Source of the DNA: Laetmonice hystrix
Taxonomy: Eukaryota
Assembly (NCBI GenBank): GCA_965235115.1
Contig: OZ249440.1
Coordinates: 25,110,001 to 25,174,000 of the forward strand
DNA: 64,000 nucleotides
Direction: 5' to 3'
Below, piece after piece: positions 13,401 through 21,654 of this stretch. Positions within the stretch are counted from its first letter, which is position 1, and the number at the start of each line of letters is the position of its first letter. Under the pieces are notes generated by a model that saw nothing but the letters and a program-made list of their open reading frames with translations, had not been told where the DNA came from and did no database searches. A program made the position numbers and the translations under genes.

Positions 13401-16400
13401 GCTACAGTCTCAGCAAACTCCTGGCGCTTCACAACATTTACAGTCAGAGATAGCGTCAGAAACACAACGCATGGCTCCAGTACAACAAGCCTGGGTTAGA
13501 CCACAACATCACACAGTGACACCTTCTTCAAGTCCAAGTCAGCAAGGTTTAACAGCACCACAGACTGCTGCTCCCGGGCAACAAATTAGTTCCATGTCAC
13601 AGCAGCCATCTGCAGGCTCCACTCAGCAGGTCCAGGCAGGTTCCACTCAGCAGGTCCAGGCTAAATCAGAACAGCAAATGCCATTCATTCAGAAACCTCC
13701 ACACCAGCTGCATGACCAGGATCATCAGCCAGGTGAACACCGCTCACACACAGGTGCACAGATGACTGCAGGATGGAGAGTGCTGCCTCCTCCCCCTCCA
13801 CCAGCCGCAAGTAACCAGACCGGTCCCCAGGCGACGCTCAGGTACAGTCCAGTGACGGCCCAGGTGAACCACCCTCCCGCCTCGCCCTCGCACACCCCCG
13901 CCGTCCCCTCGGTTCGCGTCACCTCGCCGGGTGATGGGCAAGGGGCCGGGGAGATCACCCTCCACGGCCCAGTGACGAGCAGAGTTGTGCCGCGGGCGCA
14001 GGTGGCCGTCCTCACCTCGTCGTGGGCCCCAGCACCCAGCGGGCTCAGCGTACGCTGCGACTCCGCCGACAGTGTGGGACTCTCCAGCCTCGAGTACACC
14101 AGCTCCACCGAGCCAGGCTCACTGGAGAGTCTGGTCACTGAGAACCTGAGGTATTCTTCCAATTCTCCGTGTGAGATTTTACCTATATCACCAAACCATG
14201 AAGGTAACGTTAAAGTTATTTCAAATACATCTTCGAGTGAGGAGAAAGAGACGTTTATTCCAAGTGAACCGAAACAAGTGAATGAAGTGAAAGTGATTCC
14301 AAGCGCTCAACTGAAGGAAGATACTGTGAACATTTCTGTTGGAGATAACGGTGAGGATCAAGTTATTATAACACCAGGTGAGAATCAAGAGAAAGTCATT
14401 CCAAGTGTGACTGTAGATATGACCACTACACCCAGCTCACCCAAGGTCGTCAAGTATAAGTCAACTGACCAGCAAACATGGATGGCCTACTCGGAATCTG
14501 AGGACAGTCTGTCAGGGTCACCGGGTACAGGCCAGGAAGTTACAGGTGTGTCATCAAGTGGGATGCTTGAACCAGAAGGTGATAAAAAGATGGCCCAGGC
14601 ACCAGGTGTGGTGACTGCGCAGGTAGCAGGACCACAGCCGGAGACTCCGGTCTCACCATTAGCCGCCGCTGGGAGTACCCCGGACCAAACCAGCCCGGAG
14701 AGTAACCAGATAGCATCTCCTCCTGTGTGTGAGACAAAGGTCAATCAGCATGGCACGGGGTCACAGCTCAAGGTCGAGGAAGAATATGGAGCAACGCAAA
14801 CAGTGGCAGATGTTAACACACCTGACGTTAGTTCAAGGACGGCTGTTACTGAAAGATTGTCCCAGGATGACACTCAACGGACAAGTCATGTGATGTCGAT
14901 ACAGGTGTCAAGCAAGGCTGTCCATCCAAATANNNNNNNNNNNNNNNNNNNNNNNNNNNNNNNNNNNNNNNNNNNNNNNNNNNNNNNNNNNNNNNNNNNN
15001 NNNNNNNNNNNNNNNNNNNNNNNNNNNNNNNNNNNNNNNNNNNNNNNNNNNNNNNNNNNNCAATCCCTCACACCAGTTGAATATGTAGGGCAAGGACCTG
15101 CAGGGGTCTCTGCTGAAACCAGACACCAGCACGCTCCCGCCGGCCTATCTAAACAAGTTATCAAAGAACACACTGTTTGTTCGCTTCCCGGAACTCAGGC
15201 CCGAGAAAGGGAGGGGAGGGTGCAACCCGACACCCCCAGACTCAACCAGGTAGTCACCGGTTCACATGACGCTGCCAGCAAAGTTCCACAGGAACAACTG
15301 AACGCATTCATAGGCGATGAAACAAATGAGGCTATGGCGAAGATAACGGTTACAGACATTGAGCCTAGTCAGGGTGCCAGACCTGAACAACCCCCAGGTA
15401 TAACCCCACCTAGCAAAGTTCACGGCCCCCAGAATGTTCCACAGCTGGACACAGGTGCACCCCCCGACCGGAGCCAGGGCGCCGAGGTGCGTCCCAGTCC
15501 TCTGACTGGGGGTAGAGGGGTACTGGAGGAGGCCAGCGCAGGGGGCGGGGGTGGAGGGGTGCGGATGGGGGCGGGCAGTGACATGAGAACGGAATCCGAG
15601 GCAATGACTGCAGCGCCTCCCAGCGATGGCAGTGGGATCTTACAAACAAAAATAACTGAGGCAGTAAATACCGAGCATGACACAGGGATGATACAGCCAC
15701 CTGAGGACCATGCTGTGAATCAGGCCGAGGTTTGGAGTAAACCCGGGACAAACTCTGAATGTGTCACAGTTATTACAACCCACAGTGATACAAACTCTGG
15801 AAGTCTGATAAATACACGCCAATCTCACGTTGTAGTGGGTGAAGCTGATATCAACCATTCCCCGACCCCCCAGGCTGGAGAACGTGACGTCACTCGAGAA
15901 CGTGACGTCACCGGAGAACGTGACGTCACCGGAGAACGTGACGTCACCAGAGAACGTGACGTCACCGGAGAACGTGACGTCACCGGAGAATCTGACGTCA
16001 CTGGAGAACGTGACGTCACTGGAGAACGTGACGTCACTGGAGAACGTGACGTCACCGGAGAACATGACGTCACCGGAGAACCTGACGTCACTGTCGCCCA
16101 ATCAGTGGAGCAGTATGATAGTAAAACACAAGAAGTGACTGTAAGCCAGACAGGAGCACCCCCTGGTGGCCAGGTTGTACAATCAGCAGTTTCTTCTCCA
16201 AGTGAAGACACTGCCAACTTTTCGGGGCCAGACGGGGTGACCGTGCAGACCGAGTCAGTCCTAGTTACAGCTCCCATTTCAGAAACTGCCTTAGAGCACA
16301 TTTCTAAGGAAATAATAGAAGAAAAAGACACCAAAACAGCAGAAAAGGACATTTCAGGACCAGAAACTAGGGTTGAAGGTGCAAACAGTGAAATAGAGGA

Positions 16401-17529
16401 AGCTACACGTGAAGTCAAAGGGGGCGAAGTTTCCGACATATCAAAGGGTGGTGAAACAATAGTGACTGAAACTGAAGGAACAGATAAAAAGGTTGATTCT
16501 TCTCTCCAAGAAAGTGATAAAAATAAAGTAATTGAATCAGAGCCAGGAAGTCATATTGAAGAAAACAAAAGCTCAGAGGCAGATGGTCAGACGGACATCG
16601 TTGAGAAAGAGAGTGTAGGAAATGATGCATGTAAAGCAGAATCAACTGGGCCAGAACCAGAGAAGGCTGAGGAGGAGGAGGAGGAGGAGGGGGAAGTGGA
16701 GGAGAAGGAGGAGGAGTATATCTGTGCCGCTGACGTCCAGACAGCGTTTAAAATCCGACCACGACCTGTCCGTACTCCGCCGTGGGTGCTGCAGGTCCCG
16801 CCCGTCAACATTGAGGAGATAATATCGTCCTCATCAGAAGAGGAGGAAGAGGAAGAGGAGATCTCAGAGAGTGAAGAGGATGAGGAGGTTGGCGCGGCCT
16901 GCAGTACGGCAGACATGGGTGTTGGTACCAGTGAGTTAGCAGCCGACACTGTGATCTACGAGGGCATGGAGCCAGGCACCACACTCTACAGCACCATCAC
17001 CGTGGAGACAGCTTCCACAGCCCCAACGGTGGAGGAGTTCCACCACTACCACCAGGCCTGGTGGACCGCCACCAAACGGTCCATCGGGGTCCAGTTCCCG
17101 GAGCGGGTCACTGTCGGCATCCACGTCTACCCGGCTCACATCGTCGGCTCACAGTGCCCGGAGAAATGTGACGTTGGCACGTGTGTGAATCTGGACAGGG
17201 AGGAGTCGGAGATGTCGGAGGATGAGGATTATGAGAGCGAGAGTAGTTGGGAGGAGTGGTGTGACGACGAGTGGTCGGATGGGAGTTCTGGGGAGTCTGA
17301 GTTAGGGGCCACAGGTTACACACGGCCTGGACACACACTGGGTGAACACACACTGGTCGGGCACACATCCAGGGCCGAGGAGGCCAGCAGGGGGGTGGTG
17401 AGAGAGAGAGCTCAGGCTCTCGGGGATGGAGGTCTCCCGGTACAACCAGTCCAGGACAAGGGTTGGACGGTAGACGTGACAGCCATGGGAGGCGGTGTAG
17501 TCAGGTCATCCAATTATGGCCACAATTGA
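4474..17529 (+). CDS. Giant single-exon ORF (4351 aa) for an intrinsically disordered, repeat-rich protein region starting MGNQYGK; probable variable N-terminal exon of the TACC locus or a stand-alone neighbour
   Basis: About 13 kb with no stop codon; the frame is conserved across a 128-N gap; the well-defined internal tandem repeats have units divisible by 3 (36, 48, 18 bp); Met-Gly start resembles vertebrate TACC2 long isoform (MGN...). The join to the constant TACC exons is not demonstrable. Confidence 0.8.
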   Translation: MGNQYGKEGENGDASKESGQVYNDAEGSSGQASGQLAGVVSGVGSPVGIPVRPSRLAISPDVDLPHGVNNVRGGGGVYNKVKGSVSPDHPATLHGMSALGRSPGHVASSSPSLASSTSSLGSASLRSSGNIPIQPRTVPGLSRSNASIQIVSATSHGGTVGFSKDSQTGKQRHEDSGKSNKKLPNSKLSGDLKGEPPGGRHSQQADRGQIGNALVRGTVATATTAVPRTVNVRPGVPPAGRQPQQAAVQMARGGVASPTDNHPSYVTDGRRPSTSSIGSTSTRRSSTASISSTRTTPGLHRRYPHSSPGGRSKSGSISSDHAAAAIAAILGDKVDSRTGTGYRSVSQSPIIQAIRRTPSEDKKAFSVRRSSGEYGSGPFYTPPGGERGSNTSLASAGQGEADLRSAASILAARKTSLEQQRSNPNQGHFGARKLSLDQAKASAMAAKSVKFRSPQETQQIKQNTRIDPKVPGKESVKKETTQPDKPRGKTSTLPSWVKPAEQDVQQTKYTARPRITRGSQGASQEHGTIGNKGTSESEILKGSPKKAPTSHDAQQSAAESKSGNVPSWVNRAEAQAHVRLRTSKPQVVSGHPGLEQDQTTAGFKDTEQPSNVSNQSKVTVGPQSKLFSKGLPLRDTVQGIKGTEGKPGFKVSTELPKRGSKDLSENIVKRGSKELSENIVKRGSKDLSENIVKRGSKELSENIVKLGSKELSENIVKRGSKDLSAGVVKRGSKDLSDVGMKRGSKELSNVGMNRGSKEMTDFEASSRGREKDKEDSAEMLQRRCRALSPDSSWLRTDEPVTLRTHRPLIKQTCHRASRDIPEPESKTLEQGQTFTMPSRSGTIEEAKPAGVVTAAKSAEVKILNSKTPAKPAEVKEAMPAKPAQEETTVGPRPAVATTPTRPVVKTSATPAVIPKRATPAKPAQVKPAIVPAPAATPARPAQVKPAIVPAPAATSARPAQVKPAPTATPSRPAQVKPAPAATPSRPAQVKPAPAATPAQLKPAIVPAPAATPVKRSQVKPAVVPAPLATPLKPAQLKPAVVTTPVKPSQVKPAVVPEPAATPLKLAQLKPAVVPAPSGTPSKPPQVKPAVVATPVKTPQVKPAVVPAPLATPLKPAQLKPAVVTTPVKPAQVKPAVVPAPAATPSKPAQVKPAVVLAPAATPSKPAQMKPAVVSTPLATPVKPAQMKPAVVTAPSSTPAKPAQVKPAVAPTTAATPAKPAQVKTGVVQTPAASPPAKPAQVITAAAPTPAEVKTAEVPTSVASAATPAQVTPTVGLQTGIPAKPVKLMASAFEPASIQQPAKARAVVKPAPGKQPVSKESLSEPAVVLVKTPVEVSAKPAPAILSSSVSTKPLQQKPTGDPASVSTPGKTTQDWSVLGPAQGTKPAQIKNVTSLAQNAKPEQGKPVAAPTRPAQIKTIVSSTSQAKSAKVRTTVAPAPTTPGKATALKSHSQPAQGRPDVGPASGYVAHLAQVTTTLPNLKPEQQIAEVISVKPSHIRRFQSQESSENKTTDKTEIKEIIKNDEKASVAQVVKSRLVSVEDKRQETVGVKIEAGVVAKTTAADTKPHEKQQGETPEAAPQKSMVKVSVNTEAKVSETVEVKTVGTVSNKPQVPADVKSTAEVDVAMSPVTAEVRTPKTDVAMTPVTAEVRTPKTDVAMTPVTAEVRTPKTDVAVSPVTAEVRTPKTDVAMTPVTAEVRTPKTDVAMTPVTAEVITPKTDVAKAQVTAEVRSLKTDVAMTPVTAEVITPKTDVAKAQVTAEVRSLKTDVAMTPVTAEVRSLKTDVAMTPVTAEVRTPKTDVAMAPVKAEVRTPKTDVAMTPVTAEVRTPKTDVAMTPVTAEVRTPKTDVAMTPVTAEVGTSKTDVAMTPVTSEVGTPKTDVAMTPVTAEVITPKTDVAMTPVTTEVRTDVTKASVKAPAPVPAEVRTLVTTQAGHPVTVEGKTQVTAEVSSRITSDAKTAIKYESTPATAGVKTSPTSEVKTSVTVEAKTPIAAELKKVETAGSKQEPETAPLKTSTLEEVKTPITTEAKSPAQLAVITPVPKQVISVTSDNIQHQVNTEKTPIIAEVKTPLATEVKTQLKVITPVPEQVISVTSDTTQHQVNTEKTPIIAEVKDKQLSTELSIPVEKQTSEMMAHIKSPEAVQLETADRERLPENMMHIKEQETGEMSAGTRAQDMRANLEEQTVGRADKIAVDGREAGRVVGQTVEAGKIDEAQLQHQTHPGESEEIRTAEVQIVEGNKVKSTGKDMLGRMENMQDRERLVNDACEQGSAMPVGTDSSISAAETVKMPQGVVQSGVGDKTQAECQDKTGGVESHEKITEAKSEAHVALPTTSTMVGDGLGVSDPVTQVTTVVKTPVEQVVSGSPVHDRQERVDIAGGTNPPTPVSPNTSTEDAAKHGFPKRSSVIRRSVVKLREVSTGVRTSRRAVKRRSCDLDDDPTSFSDPRGSQAQAPEVQAAFTPTTVQVQTILGRGLSVVSADVKTASPVGGGGGGAGGGGGAQPAGVPAEPESAGGLESTGKMGDVRGVGSDSAGAGPQREGTTTVVEPAVVAATAEMGQGLATAGNGQLNTGNTGVTLSSVYKTAGGTGRTGQTQGVGISSHTVQKHGNDTPQKNTPCSDRVEGVSPGGRHVSQPLTVNSTRGSVSPAAVGPRLVLPGEVASQRPVTPPALVQPGLVVSTHVPAASSPPAAVIGPPQPGGVGVGKPTLRGVIQGPPVPVVVLKPIHPAHTPQEAGGKPEGGQEVNQDAGLTTSATPVGDQPSTVVTEPAPGQMNRSLMASIVGGGAAASAPYSPGSAGVRPGVGPIWSKATVSTHTPHGPHNREPYPVTAGKQIQGSVDKHLSQARVIHHQILPAPSQHHQPQLQQAVPEITPATAPSQQSLSRIHTTVSPGGQRPPVSDHSAMGSLQGVASPPVSDPESQSTTVTSMVSSEEDAVQVVQVAPTVVSGSTSAGGGQRRHRVRHITRQAVFPEEQFTMTLQSQQTPGASQHLQSEIASETQRMAPVQQAWVRPQHHTVTPSSSPSQQGLTAPQTAAPGQQISSMSQQPSAGSTQQVQAGSTQQVQAKSEQQMPFIQKPPHQLHDQDHQPGEHRSHTGAQMTAGWRVLPPPPPPAASNQTGPQATLRYSPVTAQVNHPPASPSHTPAVPSVRVTSPGDGQGAGEITLHGPVTSRVVPRAQVAVLTSSWAPAPSGLSVRCDSADSVGLSSLEYTSSTEPGSLESLVTENLRYSSNSPCEILPISPNHEGNVKVISNTSSSEEKETFIPSEPKQVNEVKVIPSAQLKEDTVNISVGDNGEDQVIITPGENQEKVIPSVTVDMTTTPSSPKVVKYKSTDQQTWMAYSESEDSLSGSPGTGQEVTGVSSSGMLEPEGDKKMAQAPGVVTAQVAGPQPETPVSPLAAAGSTPDQTSPESNQIASPPVCETKVNQHGTGSQLKVEEEYGATQTVADVNTPDVSSRTAVTERLSQDDTQRTSHVMSIQVSSKAVHPNXXXXXXXXXXXXXXXXXXXXXXXXXXXXXXXXXXXXXXXXXXXQSLTPVEYVGQGPAGVSAETRHQHAPAGLSKQVIKEHTVCSLPGTQAREREGRVQPDTPRLNQVVTGSHDAASKVPQEQLNAFIGDETNEAMAKITVTDIEPSQGARPEQPPGITPPSKVHGPQNVPQLDTGAPPDRSQGAEVRPSPLTGGRGVLEEASAGGGGGGVRMGAGSDMRTESEAMTAAPPSDGSGILQTKITEAVNTEHDTGMIQPPEDHAVNQAEVWSKPGTNSECVTVITTHSDTNSGSLINTRQSHVVVGEADINHSPTPQAGERDVTRERDVTGERDVTGERDVTRERDVTGERDVTGESDVTGERDVTGERDVTGERDVTGEHDVTGEPDVTVAQSVEQYDSKTQEVTVSQTGAPPGGQVVQSAVSSPSEDTANFSGPDGVTVQTESVLVTAPISETALEHISKEIIEEKDTKTAEKDISGPETRVEGANSEIEEATREVKGGEVSDISKGGETIVTETEGTDKKVDSSLQESDKNKVIESEPGSHIEENKSSEADGQTDIVEKESVGNDACKAESTGPEPEKAEEEEEEEGEVEEKEEEYICAADVQTAFKIRPRPVRTPPWVLQVPPVNIEEIISSSSEEEEEEEEISESEEDEEVGAACSTADMGVGTSELAADTVIYEGMEPGTTLYSTITVETASTAPTVEEFHHYHQAWWTATKRSIGVQFPERVTVGIHVYPAHIVGSQCPEKCDVGTCVNLDREESEMSEDEDYESESSWEEWCDDEWSDGSSGESELGATGYTRPGHTLGEHTLVGHTSRAEEASRGVVRERAQALGDGGLPVQPVQDKGWTVDVTAMGGGVVRSSNYGHN
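6442..6750 (+). repeat. Coding 36-bp tandem repeat (KRGSK[D/E]LSENIV), 9 units
   Basis: aaacgtggttctaagga(t/a)ttatcagagaacattgta repeated in frame. Confidence 0.95.
7222..8150 (+). repeat. Coding Pro/Ala/Thr/Lys repeats (ATPAKPAQVKPAVVPAP-type)
   Basis: Degenerate in-frame tandem units such as gcaacacctgcaaaacctgcacaagtgaagccagca. Confidence 0.9.
9337..10200 (+). repeat. Coding 48-bp tandem repeat (MTPVTAEVRTPKTDVA), about 18 units
   Basis: atgactccagtaacagcagaagtcagaactccaaaaacagatgtggca repeated in frame. Confidence 0.95.
14933..15060. other. Assembly gap (128 N) inside the giant ORF
   Basis: Run of N characters. Confidence 1.
15879..16092 (+). repeat. Coding 18-bp tandem repeat (ERDVTG) x12; every unit contains the palindrome TGACGTCA
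   Basis: gaacgtgacgtcaccgga units; TGACGTCA starts at 15885 and recurs every 18 nt to 16083. Confidence 0.95.
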
Positions 17530-17908
17530 AACTAGCAATATGTTATCTCGCAAACACTGGCCAAAGTAACATTACAAAAATTCTAAGGAGGAAGGGTGGG
17601 GGCGTATGATAATATCGCACTTTTGTGTATGTATATTTTCGTTGCGAACGTAATCGTAAAAAAATCTTATTTATGTTGTTTACATGTGACAAGTTAATGT
17701 GATGCTAGTCCTTACTGATACGTACCGATTTATGACACCTTTGTCTGCCAGAATAATTAGTCACAATTAGATTACTTATAATGACCATCCAGTTGGTAGG
17801 TCACCCGCTTTGTATTCATTCCTCATACCTTCAGTTACAAACATATTCACAGCAGTTACCAAATTAACTACGCAGTACCAGGAAAGGGCACATTCCCTGT
17901 GACCCGAC

Positions 17909-17934
17909 TGACCTTATGACCTCTCACAAGGTCA
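17909..17934. promoter_or_regulatory. Cluster of nuclear-receptor half-sites (DR2 plus everted repeat)
   Basis: TGACCT-ta-TGACCT-6nt-AGGTCA; sequence match only. Confidence 0.3.
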
Positions 17935-18739
17935 CCTTGTCACGTCTGTTGTGGCATGTGCCAAAACACCAGTTCATGTAATGAAATTTCATGATCGTGT
18001 TTCGGTCTGTAAGTAGTATATAAAAACAGGGGCACTAACCGGGAACATTAGTGTCGGTATCAGCCAATAAGTTACACGTAATAACCTCAGCTGATCAGTT
18101 ACACGTAATAACCTTGGAGCTTGGTCAAGGGGTGATCAGTGAGGCCGTTTCGGATGACCGTTTGGTGACCCCCCCCCCCCTTTTTTTTTGGGTCAAGAAA
18201 GAACAGCTCTCCTTGTAACGTCAGTATCAAAGTGATCTTAGAGAGGTGTTTATATTTAGATTCAGCCATGGAAAGAAAAACTTCTCTGATTTGCAAGCTG
18301 AGCTGATTTACAAGCTGATGTCTGAAGCCCACCCAGTCAGAGGTACGGTTTATAGCATTCCTGTCGGTATGTCTGGATATAGTGACTGGGCTGTGGGAGT
18401 GGTATGTTAGCAGATAGACCTCAGATGAACTTGATGGGAGCGGAGAGCCTGTAACTTTGGTATGTGGGGTAGTTTGGACCGGTGCCAGGTAGGCTGATGG
18501 TTACCCCCACCTATGTACCCCCACAGCCCTACATTTACTGTGACCCAGGCTGCCGTTATATATCGAGTCTGTACCTCACACCAGATCCCAGCGCCGTATC
18601 ATTGGTCCTGAGGGCCACACGCTGGGAACGAGCTATGATGGTGATGATGAATCAAGGCGCTCAGACAGATAGCGTGGATGATGGGTGGACGGGCAGGTGC
18701 GGCATCTCCTACCAGGATGCTGAGGCTGAGAGTGCCCAC

Positions 18740-18753
18740 ATAACCATGGCAAC
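18740..18753 (-). promoter_or_regulatory. RFX X-box-like site upstream of the MGQEG exon
   Basis: Reverse complement reads GTTGCCATGGTTAT. Confidence 0.45.
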
Positions 18754-19509
18754 AGATTAAGGCCGAGTTTGTTTAGGTGTAGGGTAAAGCCGGGGTGAAC
18801 GGTGAGGTATAGGATCCTAGATATAGGAGGGCGGGGGTGGGAGTGACGAATGCTGTACTAAAACTCTGTAAATACACCCACTCAGATAGAGATGGCAATG
18901 GACCAAGTTAACAAGTCTGAGAGTATCTGCCAAGGGTGTCCATCACAGATTACCAACCAATGCCCATCCTCTACTGCGTACACAGCCCTCGCACACACTC
19001 ACTCATATATTTATATATACACACACACCTAACACAAAAACTGGGCTCAGGCTCGAGCCTCTTGACGCCTGCTCTGAGGTGAGCATGCTGACGGCAGACG
19101 GTGAGAGGTGATGGTGTTTTGCTGGAGGCTGCGCGCGCCAGGAGGACCTGACTGTATAGATAGGCGGGCTCAAGGTGGGCTCAAGCTGTGACAGAATCAG
19201 GCAGAGTGAGCTGAGGCTAACACCGCGCCTACCATACGAATGACCAGACAATCCGGGCAGCAGCTAACACGGGATTCGTACACTCGTACTGTGTATTTGG
19301 AGTACTGTTGAATTCCAGTGGACACAAATTGATAGTTGTAGCGAGATCTGCTTTTAACCCGGATCTAGTGAAATCGCCACCAGGTGGAGCGACGTGTCAG
19401 GAGAGATGAGGTACGCTCATATCGGGCTGCTTGATTGAACTCTACATGTTTATGACAGGGGGATAGAACTTGACAGGTCACATTCCACGATCCAAACGGA
19501 CAGGTAGAA

Positions 19510-21654
19510 ATGGGACAGGAGGGATCCAAAGCTGAGGAGGGTGACCCCCTGGAGGGCAGGCCCCCTCCAGCATGTCCTCCAGTGGACAGACGCCGTCCTC
19601 CAGGAATGGCCCCGTCGTCTCTTCCCATCCCGCCGGGTACTCCGGCCGGAGACCCGGGCGGGTTCTGGGGCGGGGCGGCCGTAACCGCCGGTACTCCAGC
19701 CATCACCCCAGGGGGTACACCGGCCCTGGAGCGGCGGCCCAAGATCATGGCCGGGGACACTAACAACCTCTCTCGGTCAACGCCCCGCCTAGCCCCGTCC
19801 CCACGGCTACCCAGGGGCACGCCCTCCACCCCGCGCTCCGCCAGGGGGCGCTCTACACCAGGCGTCTACAGTCCGTCAGGGAGCGTCCCGGCAGGATGGG
19901 ACCCGGCCATAGGGGGCGCCACCGGTGACACACCGGGTACTCCCGGTACTCCGACCCCGACCGGTAAGGTGAGGATAGTACCAGCCAGCCAGGCCGGAGC
20001 CCAGAGGGAGCCGCCCACACCTGGCACTGCCGTCACGTTTACAACAGACAGAGAGCGGGGGGAAGAGGGCGGCTGGGCTACAGCAGCTGGCCACGCCCGC
20101 CAGAGGGAGCCACCACCACCACCACTGCTCCAACCACCACCACCACCACCACCGAGTATTACAGGAACACCACCACCAGGAGCACTACTCGCTGGGAGTA
20201 ACTCAGCGTCCCACGCAAGACCTCCAGATTCTTCTCAGTCGGTGTCAGAGAATCCTCCACCATCCTCAGAGTGCAGTGGGTTCACACAACTGACCCCGCC
20301 TGACCCGGCTGTGGTGGGGGGTACAACCCAGCATCCGGACAGGATGAACCCTGAAGAAGAGGCTATCGTGGAAGGTGGTTTAGGTCGGGAGAACAGACGC
20401 GGAGAGACTCCCACTCGTGAAGAAAGTGAAATATGCTCCAATAATACGGAGGCGTCCAGAGATTACGTTCCAACAGGTGACGTCATACTCGGAGATAACA
20501 GAACACTGGAAGTCCCGGATGTGACCGAAGCGACCCCTGGTGGTGGAAGTGATGTGACCATCCCTTGTTGCCATGGTGACCTGTCTTTAGCTCACACAGC
20601 CGGCAGGGTTCCTAGTGTCGACCAGCCGTGCCAGGAGGACCCTAATGAAGCCCGTACTGTTGTACCTGACACTGACATACCTGAAGACGGTGCTCAGACC
20701 CGGGACCTACGTGAACTCTCACCTCAACCACAACACAGTGAGGTGAACGCTGGGAGTCCCGTACACTGGGACAATGAAGGCCGTGGACGTGTGAAAGTTA
20801 GACCTGAGGAAGGTAATGAGAAACCACCTGGCGGTGAGCGTCACAGTGACACACCTCAGTCAGACACTGGGCAGGAGGAGACAGCGCCAAGCAGGCAGGA
20901 CAATACTTCTCCTGGACCTGAGATCATGACGACATCACCTGAGGAGGGTGAACTCAGTAAGGTGCCCCTCAGTGAGGATGAGGGTGAACTCAGTAAGTTA
21001 GCCCTCAGTGAGGATGAGGGTGAACTCAGTAAGTTACCCCTCAGTGAGGATGAGGGTGAACTCAGTAAGTTACCCCTCAGTGAGGATGAGGGCGTCGACC
21101 ACCCAGCGGGTGGGGGATTACGAAAACAAGACACCGGGATGGGACCTCCAGGAGATGTGGTCGCTGGTATAAGTGAAGAGATTGGATCATTACGTGGAAA
21201 CCCTAACAGTGGCAGTAACCGGAGTATCCGGCAGGAGGTGGTCCTGGCGGCTGACGCCAACCTCCTACCTGACGGTGATGAGGAGCAGGAGGAAGGGGAG
21301 AGAGGTGTTTACCAATCAACAGCTGACGGAGAATCTCCAGCGGATCGCGGCGTACACCAGGCAAGCGTCCACCACCCCCACCACCACCACACCCCACAGT
21401 GGGTGGGAGGGAGGGGTGTTATACTCTTCCTAATCATCATTACCCTATTAACCCAGATACGTCCTCCGCCCTGCATGGTGTGGCCCTGTTGGCATCAGTT
21501 TGTGCTCCTGTTCTGGGTCATTCTACGTCTTGCTATTTTTATTTTACTAACAAACCTCAGAGACGTATCTGAAGCCAGTGAAGGAGTTATTTCAAATGTT
21601 GAAACAAGGCATGACAAGACCGTTAAATATGATTTCATTGATTTGTATTTGTGA
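19510..21654 (+). CDS. TACC: Large disordered ORF starting MGQEGSK (strong N-myristoylation context); probable variable TACC exon, true 3' donor uncertain
   Basis: Coding-like composition to about 21390, then T-rich intron-like read-through; in-frame 36-bp repeat (LSEDEGELSKLP, 20941-21091); candidate acceptor ttgacag| at 19476; candidate phase-0 donors AAG|GTGAGG (19968) and TGG|GTGGGA (near the end of the coding-like part). TACC assignment is by position only. Confidence 0.55.
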   Translation: MGQEGSKAEEGDPLEGRPPPACPPVDRRRPPGMAPSSLPIPPGTPAGDPGGFWGGAAVTAGTPAITPGGTPALERRPKIMAGDTNNLSRSTPRLAPSPRLPRGTPSTPRSARGRSTPGVYSPSGSVPAGWDPAIGGATGDTPGTPGTPTPTGKVRIVPASQAGAQREPPTPGTAVTFTTDRERGEEGGWATAAGHARQREPPPPPLLQPPPPPPPSITGTPPPGALLAGSNSASHARPPDSSQSVSENPPPSSECSGFTQLTPPDPAVVGGTTQHPDRMNPEEEAIVEGGLGRENRRGETPTREESEICSNNTEASRDYVPTGDVILGDNRTLEVPDVTEATPGGGSDVTIPCCHGDLSLAHTAGRVPSVDQPCQEDPNEARTVVPDTDIPEDGAQTRDLRELSPQPQHSEVNAGSPVHWDNEGRGRVKVRPEEGNEKPPGGERHSDTPQSDTGQEETAPSRQDNTSPGPEIMTTSPEEGELSKVPLSEDEGELSKLALSEDEGELSKLPLSEDEGELSKLPLSEDEGVDHPAGGGLRKQDTGMGPPGDVVAGISEEIGSLRGNPNSGSNRSIRQEVVLAADANLLPDGDEEQEEGERGVYQSTADGESPADRGVHQASVHHPHHHHTPQWVGGRGVILFLIIITLLTQIRPPPCMVWPCWHQFVLLFWVILRLAIFILLTNLRDVSEASEGVISNVETRHDKTVKYDFIDLYL

